54,122 bases of DNA from a virus (lineage: Duplodnaviria; Caudoviricetes). The translations under genes were made by a program, and so were the position numbers. Under the pieces are notes generated by a model. That model saw nothing but the letters and a program-made list of their open reading frames with translations, made no database searches and was not told where the DNA came from. This document shows, one piece after another, positions 42,968 through 51,793 of this stretch. Location of the stretch: positions 1 to 54,122 of IMG/VR virus record IMGVR_UViG_3300036830_000174, one strand, 5' to 3'. The first letter of the stretch is position 1. The number at the start of each line of letters is the position of its first letter.

Positions 42968-43957
42968 GTGAAGCGCATCGCTCTCCCCGTCCTGCTCGTG
43001 CTCGCCGCGCTCCTGGCGCTCGCCGGATGCGGCTCGACGCAGACGCAGACGCGCACGGTCTACCGCGCGCTTTCGATCCACGCATCGGGCCCGTCAGCAG
43101 AACAGGCCGACGCCGCGCTGCCCTGCGACCCGACGCTCGGCCGCGGCACGATGGGCGTCTGCACGCCGCCCGGTCCTGCGCCGAAGTTCTCGCCGACTGC
43201 GGCGCACGCACGGCTGATCCCCGACGTCTCCGAATTCCAGAGCTGCGCGATCCACAGCGAAGTGATCTTCCGTGTCTACGAAGGGGGCACCGAGCGCGAA
43301 GACGCCAACGCCCGCTGCCACGCGCGCGAAGCCAAACGGCTGCACGTCTGGTACGCCGTCTACTCCTTCCTGCGTCCCGCGCACGGCGGCTGCGCCTTCC
43401 AAGCCGAGCGCACCATCGCGATCGTGCGCTCTCTCGGCGGCGTCATCGGTCCGATCATTGCCGACGCCGAGGTGCCGCTCCCCGGCGGCTTCGTGACGTG
43501 CTTCGTGCGCACCGCACAGCGCCTCGGCTACGTAGTCGTCACCTACACCGCGCCGGGCACGAAGCTGTGGAGTGATCCGTTTGCGACCGAAGTGTGGGTC
43601 GCCGCCTATCCGAACCGGCCGGGCTGCTTCTCCAACGCCTGCCCGCACGGCAACCTCGCGTCGCACTTCTTTATCGCTCACCAGTTCAGCGACAACTTCC
43701 TCTGCCGGGGCATCCGAGGCGACTGCTCGATCGATGAAGGCATCCTCTCCGTGCGCCAGACGCCGGCGTGCAACTCGGCCTGCCGCTCGCACAAGCGCAG
43801 CGACCTCGAAGCGCGCATCCGTACGCTGCGCCGCTACCAGAAGCGCTACGGATGCAGCCGCCGGCGACACGCGCATCAGCGCCTCGGTCCGAAGTGCCGG
43901 CGATGGTTCCGCGAAGGCGACGAACGCCATCGCGACCTCAAGAAGCTGCTCTCCTAG
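42968..43957 (+). CDS. GH25-like muramidase (endolysin) with lipoprotein signal peptide
   Basis: MKRI..LLALAGC lipobox; PDVSEFQ, YSFLRP, QAE, ADAE, WVAAY, HQFSD GH25 motifs. Confidence 0.75.
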   Translation: MKRIALPVLLVLAALLALAGCGSTQTQTRTVYRALSIHASGPSAEQADAALPCDPTLGRGTMGVCTPPGPAPKFSPTAAHARLIPDVSEFQSCAIHSEVIFRVYEGGTEREDANARCHAREAKRLHVWYAVYSFLRPAHGGCAFQAERTIAIVRSLGGVIGPIIADAEVPLPGGFVTCFVRTAQRLGYVVVTYTAPGTKLWSDPFATEVWVAAYPNRPGCFSNACPHGNLASHFFIAHQFSDNFLCRGIRGDCSIDEGILSVRQTPACNSACRSHKRSDLEARIRTLRRYQKRYGCSRRRHAHQRLGPKCRRWFREGDERHRDLKKLLS

Positions 43958-43971
43958 GCGGTTTCCCGCCG

Positions 43972-44331
43972 ATGCCAGTCGAGGAGACGAAACCGGCGGA
44001 AGCCCGGCTCGTCACGCGTAAAGACGGCACCTTCGCGCGCACGATCCGTCTGTGGGCGAAAAAGGCGCAGGGAGTCCCGTTCCTGGCCGACTCTTTCGAG
44101 TGGGAGTTCGTCGACGTCAAGACGCTCACCGAAGGCCACGGGCTGACCGTCACGCCCGGCCGTGAAGCCGAAGGCGACGAACCGGCGATCCCGACCGTCA
44201 TCACCGCCTACATGAGCCCGACCGAAACGGCGGCGATCGAAGCCACACAGGCGCGCCACCGTCTCTCTTGGAGACGCGGCGAAGACAAAGACTTCCTGCT
44301 CGTGGGCTCGATTCTGTTCGAGGAACCGTGA
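43972..44331 (+). CDS. Hypothetical virion-associated protein
   Basis: Clean ORF heading second fibre cluster. Confidence 0.6.
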   Translation: MPVEETKPAEARLVTRKDGTFARTIRLWAKKAQGVPFLADSFEWEFVDVKTLTEGHGLTVTPGREAEGDEPAIPTVITAYMSPTETAAIEATQARHRLSWRRGEDKDFLLVGSILFEEP

Positions 44332-44633
44332 GCGAAGGCACCGACGACATCACACTCGAGTTGATCGCACCGGCTACGATCGAACTCGACCTCGATCAGA
44401 GCGCGGTTGGACCCCCTGGGCCACCAGGCCCCTCGAGCACCTTCTCCTACGTCCACGAGCAGGGGTTTGCCTCATCGGTATGGACTATCGTCCACGATCT
44501 TGACTGCTACCCGATTCCGCTCGTGCAGGACACCGCGAACGACGAGATAGAGGGCGCCGTGAACTACGTGAGCCTGAACGAATTGACGATCACCTTTAGC
44601 GCTGCGGTCGCAGGAACCGCATTTCTGAACTAG
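44328..44633 (+). CDS. Small virion protein with short collagen-like segment
   Basis: GPPGPPGP; YVHEQ..ASSVWTIVH.L..YP motif. Confidence 0.7.
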   Translation: MSEGTDDITLELIAPATIELDLDQSAVGPPGPPGPSSTFSYVHEQGFASSVWTIVHDLDCYPIPLVQDTANDEIEGAVNYVSLNELTITFSAAVAGTAFLN

Positions 44634-44637
44634 AGAG

Positions 44638-45759
44638 ATGGCCCGCAAGTACCTAGTCCCGATCGACCTCGCAGGCAACGAACTGCGAAACATGGTCATG
44701 CAGGTCCTCGCCGCGCCGCCGAGCACGCCCAAAGAAGCGCAATGGTACTTCGACTCGGTCAAACATGAACCGGGCTACTACAACGGCACCGAATGGAAGT
44801 ATGGCGCGGCCGCCATCGCCGAAGCGACGGCCTCGGTGCTCGGCACGGTCAAGCTCGCCGGCGATCTGGCGGCCGGCTCCGGCGCTGCACCCCAGGTCAC
44901 GGGCCTGCACCTCGCCGGCGACACGGCGATCAACCACAAGCTGACGTCGGTCTCCGAACCGACGAACGCCGGCGACGCTGCAACGAAGGCCTACGTCGAT
45001 GGCAAGGTCTCCGGCCTCGCGTGGAAGTCCCCGGCGCAGCTCGCCACCGCGGCCGCGCTGGCCGCCTACACGCAGTCGGGCTCCGGTCCGACCGGCACGC
45101 TGGAAGCCAACGCCAACGGCGCGCTGACGATCGATGGCGTCGCGGTCACGGTGAAAATGCGCGTGTGGGTCAAGAACGCGGTCGAAGAAAAGCACAACGG
45201 CATGTACGAAGTGGTGCAGGCCGGCGGCGTGGCGGAAAAGTACAAGCTCGTCCGCACGGCTGATGCGAACACCGGTGCCGCGCTCGAAGACGCTGCCGCG
45301 TTCGTGCGTGAAGGCACCGCGAACGCCGCCAAGGAGTTCGTCGTCTCAGACACCGGTGCCATCACGATCGACACGACCGCAATCAAAGTCATCGAATTCC
45401 AGAGCGGCGCGGCGCTCGCCGGCGACGGCGTCTACACCGAACGCTCGGCCAACACGATCATCCTCAAGAGCGGCTCAACGCCCTCGACGCCGGGCAACGG
45501 TGAAGTCTCAGCGGTCACGGCCGGCGCAGCGCACAAGAAGACCGCAGCGCTCACCGGCAACGGATCGCTCACCGAATTCACGATCACGCACAACCTCGGC
45601 ACGCGCCTACTGCTCGTGCAAGGGCAGGAAGCCTCCGGCGGCGAACCGGGCAACCCCGTCGAAGTGGACTGGGAACCGACATCGGCGAACGCGATCAAGG
45701 TCAAGTTCGCGGCCGCGCTCGGCTCCGGGCTGACCAGCTTCGTGACGATCTTCGGCTAG
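44638..45759 (+). CDS. Fibre/appendage protein
   Basis: DAATKAYVD, RVWVKN....NG.Y, FV.EGT, ITHNLGT motifs. Confidence 0.8.
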   Translation: MARKYLVPIDLAGNELRNMVMQVLAAPPSTPKEAQWYFDSVKHEPGYYNGTEWKYGAAAIAEATASVLGTVKLAGDLAAGSGAAPQVTGLHLAGDTAINHKLTSVSEPTNAGDAATKAYVDGKVSGLAWKSPAQLATAAALAAYTQSGSGPTGTLEANANGALTIDGVAVTVKMRVWVKNAVEEKHNGMYEVVQAGGVAEKYKLVRTADANTGAALEDAAAFVREGTANAAKEFVVSDTGAITIDTTAIKVIEFQSGAALAGDGVYTERSANTIILKSGSTPSTPGNGEVSAVTAGAAHKKTAALTGNGSLTEFTITHNLGTRLLLVQGQEASGGEPGNPVEVDWEPTSANAIKVKFAAALGSGLTSFVTIFG

Positions 45760-45765
45760 ACCGGC

Positions 45766-46227
45766 GTGGCGAACGTCCGCGTCATCAACTGGCTCGCCAG
45801 TTTCTCGGCTGGCCTGCGTCTACCAACTGGTGCGGGTGCCGGCAAGATCGCGGTCTCGGATGCGTCCGGGAACATCTCATGGGGCGAAGGTCCGACGTGG
45901 GAAAACATCACCGAACTAAACGCTGGTCTCTCGGCACTGAGCGTACTTACGTGGAGCACGTTGCAGGCTGGCGCTCTTGCTGGTATCGGCTATCTCTCTG
46001 GTGCGCTGGAAGTCAAATCCGAAGTCGCAGTGAAAGCCAAACTGTTCCTACTGCCGGCCATCGCCCGGCCGGAAAAACAGCAGGGCATTCTTCTGAGCAA
46101 CTTCGGCAACGCCGCCAACTACAGCGCACTCATAAAGACAAACGGCGAAGTCATACTCGAACAGACGCCTATAAAACTCGCTGGGACTCCCGTTGTGCTG
46201 AACAATCATTACCGACTAAAGGGGTAG
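45766..46227 (+). CDS. Fibre-tip/receptor-binding-like protein
   Basis: PTGAGAGK..VSDASGN.SW; LF.LP..ARP; lower GC. Confidence 0.65.
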   Translation: MANVRVINWLASFSAGLRLPTGAGAGKIAVSDASGNISWGEGPTWENITELNAGLSALSVLTWSTLQAGALAGIGYLSGALEVKSEVAVKAKLFLLPAIARPEKQQGILLSNFGNAANYSALIKTNGEVILEQTPIKLAGTPVVLNNHYRLKG

Positions 46228-46230
46228 GCA

Positions 46231-46497
46231 ATGAAGTCTTATCGCATAGAACGAGTAACCGAAGAAGTCACGATCGAAGGGGAGGACGGCTGGTTGCCGA
46301 AGTCGTGGGCAGAACCAGGCGGACGCTTCGAGGATTCGACGATCACCGCCGAACGATTCGGGTGCCCGTCGCCGGAAACGGCCGTCATCGTGCAGGCAGA
46401 AAGCCCAGAGGACGCGATCACGCTGATGGAAGGACAGCCCGGCAGCCCTGCAAATGAAGGAGGACCGTTCGCCGCCTCGGAGGTCACGGTCAAATAG
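46231..46497 (+). CDS. Hypothetical acidic protein
   Basis: Clean ORF, lower GC. Confidence 0.55.
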   Translation: MKSYRIERVTEEVTIEGEDGWLPKSWAEPGGRFEDSTITAERFGCPSPETAVIVQAESPEDAITLMEGQPGSPANEGGPFAASEVTVK

Positions 46498-46553
46498 CGT
46501 CCTAGCGTCTGCGTAGCGTGCCGAGCATCAATCCCCGTATAAGGAGGCACCCC

Positions 46554-47060
46554 GTGACCTACTCGTTGTCGTTCGCACCGCTCGTCCGCCTTGCGGCCTT
46601 CGCGGTTGCGCTCTGGCGTCTGCTCGTCCCCGTCCTTGAGCGCCGTGTCGTGAGGCTCATCGCCTACGGTGCCGCGTTCGCGCTCGTCCTGCTGCTGCTC
46701 GTGCCGGCGCTCGGCCTCGCCGACCTGCCGGCGAAAGCCACGCCGGGCTTCGTGCTGCCCTACGCGCAGCTATGGGCGCTCGTGGTCGGATTGCTCACGC
46801 CACTGGTCGCCTACGTCGTCAACTCGAAGCTGTGGAAAAACGCGCCGGAACCGTACAAGGCGTTCGTGCAGCTCGCTATCTCAGCCGTCGCCACCGCCAT
46901 CTACACGGCGTGCGCGACGAACGTCATCGGATGGAACGACGCGACGCTGCAGCTGATCCTGACCGGCGTGCTCGGTTCGCTCTCCGCCCACGGCCTGCTC
47001 TGGAAGCCGAGCGGCGTCGCGGCACGACTGCGCGGGGAGACGCCGAAGGCACTCGCCTAA
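46554..47060 (+). CDS. Holin-like multi-pass membrane protein
   Basis: AAGGAGG RBS; about 4 hydrophobic helices; H..LWKPSGVA C-terminus. Confidence 0.7.
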   Translation: MTYSLSFAPLVRLAAFAVALWRLLVPVLERRVVRLIAYGAAFALVLLLLVPALGLADLPAKATPGFVLPYAQLWALVVGLLTPLVAYVVNSKLWKNAPEPYKAFVQLAISAVATAIYTACATNVIGWNDATLQLILTGVLGSLSAHGLLWKPSGVAARLRGETPKALA

Positions 47061-47094
47061 CGGCTTACCGCCGAGGCTCAGGTAGAATCGCCGC

Positions 47095-47188
47095 GACTGC
47101 GTGTTCAATTCGTTCTCCAAGCGAGAGTGGATCGAGTAACAGCTCGCGGTGCAAGACAGCGCCCGCCATGTGCGGGCGCTGTTTCGTT
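47095..47188 (+). ncRNA. Putative trans-acting antisense sRNA
   Basis: CGGCTT-N16-TAGAAT promoter (47061-47088), no credible ORF, terminator; complementary to four tagged mRNA leaders. Confidence 0.7.
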
Positions 47189-47190
47189 CT
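47156..47190 (+). terminator. Intrinsic terminator
   Basis: ACAGCGCCCGC-CATGT-GCGGGCGCTGT followed by TTCGTTCT. Confidence 0.8.
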
Positions 47191-47203
47191 CCGCCGGTGT
47201 GTG

Positions 47204-47236
47204 TACGATGACTCCGTTACCCGATCTACTTGGAGG
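47204..47236 (+). promoter_or_regulatory. -10 promoter + GTTACCCGATC leader tag + RBS (copy 4)
   Basis: TACGAT 47204-47209, 6 nt, tag 47216-47226, GGAGG 47232-47236. Confidence 0.75.
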
Positions 47237-47238
47237 CC

Positions 47239-48375
47239 ATGATGAGCACGCCGAGCACCGCCGTAGACCGTCCCGCTGAGCGTCCGCCGGCGCTCCCCGC
47301 CGCGATGCCGCCCGGCGCGATGGGCGAAGACGTCATCAACGAACTGTGGCGCCAGGCGAAGGCACTCGCCGTCGGCGGCATGTTCAAGGGCGTCACGCAG
47401 GCCGAGCAGGCGTTCGCGAAGATGGTCGTCGGACATCATCTCGGCCTGAACCCGTCGCAGTCGATGATGGGCATTGACATCGTCGAGGGCAACGCGCAAC
47501 TGCGCGGCGTGCTGATGGGGACGCTCGTGCGCGAACGCGACGGCTACGACTGGAAAGTCCTCGAGTTCACGAACGAGAAATGCCAGATCGAGTTCTTCCG
47601 CAACGGCGAGTCGCAGGGCGTCTCCGAATGGAACGAGGCGGACAGCCAGCGCGCCGAACTCAACAAGGACCGCTCGAACCACAAGAAATATCCCCGCGCG
47701 ATGTACTGGAATCGCGCGATGAGCCAGGGCGTGAAGCTGCTCGTGCCCGAGACGATGCGCGGCATACCCGTCTACGTGGCCGAGGACTTCGAGGCCGGCG
47801 GCGCGCGCGACGGCGAGGTCGGCGGCTCTGGCGCTCTGCCGGCGGCGACCGACGCCGAACTCGAGAAGGCCGTCCGCGACTATCTACCCGAGGCGCACGT
47901 CGATGAGGCGCTCGCGCTGATGCTCGAGATGAACGCCGTCGCGGCGAACTCCTGGACGACGGCGAAGGTGCAGATGGTCTTCTCCGGCAAGGAGAGCGAG
48001 CGCGCGATCAAGCGCGAGTTCGAGATGATCCGTCGCGCGATCGATGAGATTGCCGAGCGCCGGCGCGTCACCGGCGACCCGGTGCCTGCGGCAGATGCTG
48101 AGGCCGAGTCGGAGGACGTCGTCGATGCGGTGGTCGTGCCCGAGGCTGGCGGCGAGGACGCCGAGCCCGTCGCCGCGGCCGCGGCAGACGCTCCGTCCGA
48201 GGATGAACTCAAGGAAGCCGAGCGCGTGCGCGTGCGTCGCGTCGAGCACCTGCAGCAGTCGCTCGAGAACCCCGAGGTGAATGAGCAGCAGCGCAGCGAC
48301 ATCGAGGCCGAGCTCGACCTGCTGACGAGCGATCCGCCCGAGTCTGCCGCCGGCGAGGACGACATCAAGTTCTAG
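47239..48375 (+). CDS. RecT/Bet-like single-strand annealing protein
   Basis: G..LGLNP.QSM..I.IVEG, D..RA.L, KKYP.AM..NRA.SQ, Y..E motifs. Confidence 0.8.
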   Translation: MMSTPSTAVDRPAERPPALPAAMPPGAMGEDVINELWRQAKALAVGGMFKGVTQAEQAFAKMVVGHHLGLNPSQSMMGIDIVEGNAQLRGVLMGTLVRERDGYDWKVLEFTNEKCQIEFFRNGESQGVSEWNEADSQRAELNKDRSNHKKYPRAMYWNRAMSQGVKLLVPETMRGIPVYVAEDFEAGGARDGEVGGSGALPAATDAELEKAVRDYLPEAHVDEALALMLEMNAVAANSWTTAKVQMVFSGKESERAIKREFEMIRRAIDEIAERRRVTGDPVPAADAEAESEDVVDAVVVPEAGGEDAEPVAAAAADAPSEDELKEAERVRVRRVEHLQQSLENPEVNEQQRSDIEAELDLLTSDPPESAAGEDDIKF

Positions 48376-48385
48376 GCTCGCGACC

Positions 48386-49612
48386 GTGAGCGCAACGGGA
48401 CTCGTCCGTGCCGTACCCGAGCGGCCTATGTCGCTCGATGAGGTGCGCGAGCGCTGGCCGACGCTGAGGCAGTCGAACCTCTCGCTGTTCGACGACTGTG
48501 AACTGGCGTCGTACTTCGGCATCAAATTCGAGAACGGCTGGTCAACGCACCCGCAGGCGGCCGGGACGATCGTGCACCGGGCGATCGCCGAGTGCCTGCG
48601 CGAGATGCAGAGCAACGACTCCGAGACGATCCCGGTCAGCGTCGCGTTGGCGATCCTCGAAGAGACGCTGCGCCAGCGCGACGTCGCGCCCGAGGATCGC
48701 GTCCGCGTGCCGCGCCGGGAGTTGCCGAACATCGAAATGGCGGTGCGGAAGTTCGCGAAGGACAACGAATTCGCGATCCGCAACCTGATCGACGTCGAGC
48801 GCCGCCTCGAGGCCACGGTGAGCTACCGCGACGGCGAGACCGGCGAACTCGTTGAGCGCGTGGTCAGCGGCCAGCTCGACACGCTGATCGCGCGGCCGCC
48901 CGACGAGGCCGTTGTGCTCGACTGGAAGGCGACGTGGGCGCTGCCGCCAGAGCACGACGAGGACGACGAGAAGCCCGGCCTGTCCTATCACGGCTTCTTC
49001 CAGCAGCGCCTCTACGCCGTGCTCGTCATGCAGAACTTCCCGGCGGTCAACGCCGTGGTGCTGCGCGAGTTCTACGTGCGGCGCACGAAAGCGCGGCCAG
49101 CACGTATCACGCGACAGGACCTACCGAAAACCGAACGCTGGCTCGCCGAAGTCGTCGAGGACTTCGACTCGGCGATGCGCAGCGGGCCCCCGCCGCGCCT
49201 GCGCACGGAGGACCTTGAGCGCCACGGCTACTGGAAGCCCTCGCCCGGCAAGCACTGTTTCAACTGCCACAAGGCGCACCTATGCCCGATAGACGACGAC
49301 TACAAGGACGGCGGCATCCGCACGCCCGAGCGGGCGCAGGCCGCCGCCGGCGCGCGGCAGAAGGCGCGCGCGATCATCAAACGCCTGGACGAATGGCTCA
49401 AGCCGTGGGCCGAGCTCCACGGGCCGATCCCGCTCAGAGACTCCAAGGGACGGCGCGTGCTGGGCCATCGCAAGATCAAGGGCGGCCAGCGCTTCGAGGA
49501 ATACACGCCCGAGACGGCTGATCGTCCGGGCGACCAGGAGGCGTACGCTCCGAACCTCGTGGACGCGATGAAAGAGTCAGTCGATCAAGCTCGCCGAGAG
49601 CGTGCGGTGTAA
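48386..49612 (+). CDS. PD-(D/E)XK exonuclease (RecB/Cas4-like, Fe-S cysteines)
   Basis: GTIVHRAI, G.LD, VLDWKA, Q..LYA, P.PG.HCFNC....C. Confidence 0.85.
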   Translation: MSATGLVRAVPERPMSLDEVRERWPTLRQSNLSLFDDCELASYFGIKFENGWSTHPQAAGTIVHRAIAECLREMQSNDSETIPVSVALAILEETLRQRDVAPEDRVRVPRRELPNIEMAVRKFAKDNEFAIRNLIDVERRLEATVSYRDGETGELVERVVSGQLDTLIARPPDEAVVLDWKATWALPPEHDEDDEKPGLSYHGFFQQRLYAVLVMQNFPAVNAVVLREFYVRRTKARPARITRQDLPKTERWLAEVVEDFDSAMRSGPPPRLRTEDLERHGYWKPSPGKHCFNCHKAHLCPIDDDYKDGGIRTPERAQAAAGARQKARAIIKRLDEWLKPWAELHGPIPLRDSKGRRVLGHRKIKGGQRFEEYTPETADRPGDQEAYAPNLVDAMKESVDQARRERAV

Positions 49613-49944
49613 TGCCGACGACCATTCTCAATGGTCCCGCTGCCGGTGCTGGCTTCACCATGTCTCGCGCGCCGATGTACGTCCGTCTCGTGCAGGACGC
49701 GGGCGGCAAGTGGGACGTGCTGAACCTGCTCGAGGACGAGCCGCGCGAGGGCGAGACGGTGCACGTCTACGAGGGCGTCCCTGGCACGCACGGCAACGCG
49801 TTCGTCTGCGGCCGAGGCCGCGGCCAGCACTCCGGCGCTACGGAGTGGTGGGTCTACCGGCATCGGCCTGACATCGACGGCGAGGCGCTACGCGACACCG
49901 AGGCGTGGCGTGCGTGGGCGCTCGCGCAGCCGGAGATTGTGTGA
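49612..49944 (+). CDS. Hypothetical protein
   Basis: TAATG overlap. Confidence 0.65.
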   Translation: MPTTILNGPAAGAGFTMSRAPMYVRLVQDAGGKWDVLNLLEDEPREGETVHVYEGVPGTHGNAFVCGRGRGQHSGATEWWVYRHRPDIDGEALRDTEAWRAWALAQPEIV

Positions 49945-50276
49945 ACCTCGAAGACGCCATCGTCGCGGTTCGCGACACGCCGTGGCGCTCCGAGCGCCGC
50001 GCCGGCGTCGATCACTTCGTCACCGGCCAGCATCGCTTCTTCGCGGTGGATGATCCCGAGACCGTCAGCGATAGCGGCGTGCTGCTCGCCGGCGTTCTCG
50101 CCTATGTCCCTCACCACGGCCATTCCGTCGCGATGCTGCCGCTGCATCGTGAGGACGGCGAGTGGGGCACGACCGGCGCCGTGATCTACCTGTTCGGGAT
50201 CCGCAACGGCACGATGGGCTTCCTGCCCGAGGACTTCGAGTTCAGCGAGGCCATGCGCGCCGTGCTGCCCTCGTGA
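49941..50276 (+). CDS. Hypothetical protein
   Basis: GGAG RBS, GTGA overlap. Confidence 0.6.
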   Translation: MNLEDAIVAVRDTPWRSERRAGVDHFVTGQHRFFAVDDPETVSDSGVLLAGVLAYVPHHGHSVAMLPLHREDGEWGTTGAVIYLFGIRNGTMGFLPEDFEFSEAMRAVLPS

Positions 50277-50470
50277 GCGCATGGGTAGACCTGCGCTGCC
50301 CGCGTTGTGCGGCCGTCAGCTACGGCCCGCGCGATTCGACCTGCCAGCTCGGACACCGTCAGACGAAGATGGTCGTCGTCAAGCGCGAGCCCGAGCGCAA
50401 GCTCGCGGGTCCGAACGTACCGCCGCACGTGCGCGCTGCCGTGTCGCGTAAGCGAGGCGGTGCCGCGTGA
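50273..50470 (+). CDS. Small Zn-ribbon protein
   Basis: CPRC...C..GH. Confidence 0.55.
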   Translation: MSAWVDLRCPRCAAVSYGPRDSTCQLGHRQTKMVVVKREPERKLAGPNVPPHVRAAVSRKRGGAA

Positions 50471-51075
50471 AGCGCTCGGAGCCGCTGCGCGCCGACCCCG
50501 CGAAGACGCGCGCCTGGCAAGAGCGGTCGCGTTCGCCGCTGCAGCGCTCCGAGCTCGGTCGGGAGGGGATGCGCTCGACCGAGCTACGCCGCAAGGTGGC
50601 CGAGGTGTTGCCGGCACCCGCGCAGCCAAAGCGCCGTAGTCGCGGTCGATCGCGACCTTCGCAGCCGCGGTGGTGGCGCGGCGAGTTCGATGGCTCGCTC
50701 TGCGCGGTCTGCGAACGGGCGCGGGCAGTCCAGGGCCACCACATCATCCGCGCCGAGGTCCTGCGCCGGGAGGCCCGTCGGCTGGGCTATGAGCTACGCG
50801 ACGTCATGTGGGACCGCCGCAATCGGCTCCCCGTCTGTCAAATCTGCCACGAGCGCCATCACAACCGCTCGCGCCCGATCGCGCGCGCGGTACTGCGGCG
50901 CGTGGCGCGGGGGGGGGTATTCGACTTTGCTCGCGAACTCGGCCTCGAGCCTGCGCTCGAGCGCGAATACCCCGAGGCCGCAAATACCAGTGTCGTCGGT
51001 CGCGCGCCTGGCGCGTCGGCCGTAGCATCGACAGCCGCCGGCGGGCAGCAGCCGGGCATCCCCAACAGGAGGTAG
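50467..51075 (+). CDS. HNH endonuclease-like protein
   Basis: CAVC...GHHII...NRLPVCQICHERHH. Confidence 0.75.
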   Translation: MKRSEPLRADPAKTRAWQERSRSPLQRSELGREGMRSTELRRKVAEVLPAPAQPKRRSRGRSRPSQPRWWRGEFDGSLCAVCERARAVQGHHIIRAEVLRREARRLGYELRDVMWDRRNRLPVCQICHERHHNRSRPIARAVLRRVARGGVFDFARELGLEPALEREYPEAANTSVVGRAPGASAVASTAAGGQQPGIPNRR

Positions 51076-51080
51076 GACAG

Positions 51081-51647
51081 ATGGCGAAAGGGAAGGCCAC
51101 GCCACCAGGCGAGGCAGAGAAACCAGACACGCCGAGCGCAGCGAAGGACGGCGACGTGCACGACCTCGAGAGCCGCCGGCGCTCGCGCAACGGCACGAGC
51201 CTCGCCGAGCGCGTGGAGAACGGCAGCGAGGACGGCGACGGCGACGAACCGGAGCTGTTCCCGGCGGGCACGCTCGAGGGCGACCCGAAGGTGACGCACA
51301 AGACGTACATACCGGCCGGCTCGAAAACCTCGACTGAGGTCAGCATGAGTCGGGCCGCCGTGCCGAACCCCGGCGGCGGTTTGTTCCGCGCCGGCGAAGA
51401 GGTGCAGGTCCTCGCACGCGTGCTGCCGCAGTCGGTGAAGGAGACGCCGATCAACGTCAAGCAGCCGGACGGGACCTACAAGGTCAAGGAGTGGAAGATC
51501 AGCCAAGAGCTCGCGGTGATCTTCGTGCAGCACGCCGACCAGATGTTCACCCGCGAGCAGGTTGTCGAGCTGCTCGATAACGCGGGGGCGGCGCCAGCAG
51601 TCATCTCGCGGCTGCTCGGCGAAGATGCGGCGGCAGCGCAGGGATAG
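51081..51647 (+). CDS. Hypothetical protein
   Basis: AGGAGG RBS. Confidence 0.7.
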   Translation: MAKGKATPPGEAEKPDTPSAAKDGDVHDLESRRRSRNGTSLAERVENGSEDGDGDEPELFPAGTLEGDPKVTHKTYIPAGSKTSTEVSMSRAAVPNPGGGLFRAGEEVQVLARVLPQSVKETPINVKQPDGTYKVKEWKISQELAVIFVQHADQMFTREQVVELLDNAGAAPAVISRLLGEDAAAAQG

Positions 51648-51793
51648 CGCGCAGGTCGCAGAAATAAGTGAGGCCGCCGCGTAGGGAGAACGCGACGGCC
51701 TCTAATTCCCGTGAACAGGGAGGAGACGCTTGGCAGCGTATGCGCTGCGCCGGACGAATCTCCTCCCATGATGTCGAAGGAGGACCCGCCCCC

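Noticed and set aside
46881-47140. Fifth tagged promoter and minus-strand gene (GTTACTCGATCC, ORF 46881-47120)
   Set aside because: No TAnnnT at the proper distance on the minus strand and the ORF overlaps the holin; better explained as the antisense seed of the + strand sRNA
48386-49612. Cas4-like nuclease as sign of a CRISPR system
   Set aside because: No repeat-spacer array or other cas genes; it pairs with RecT as a recombination exonuclease
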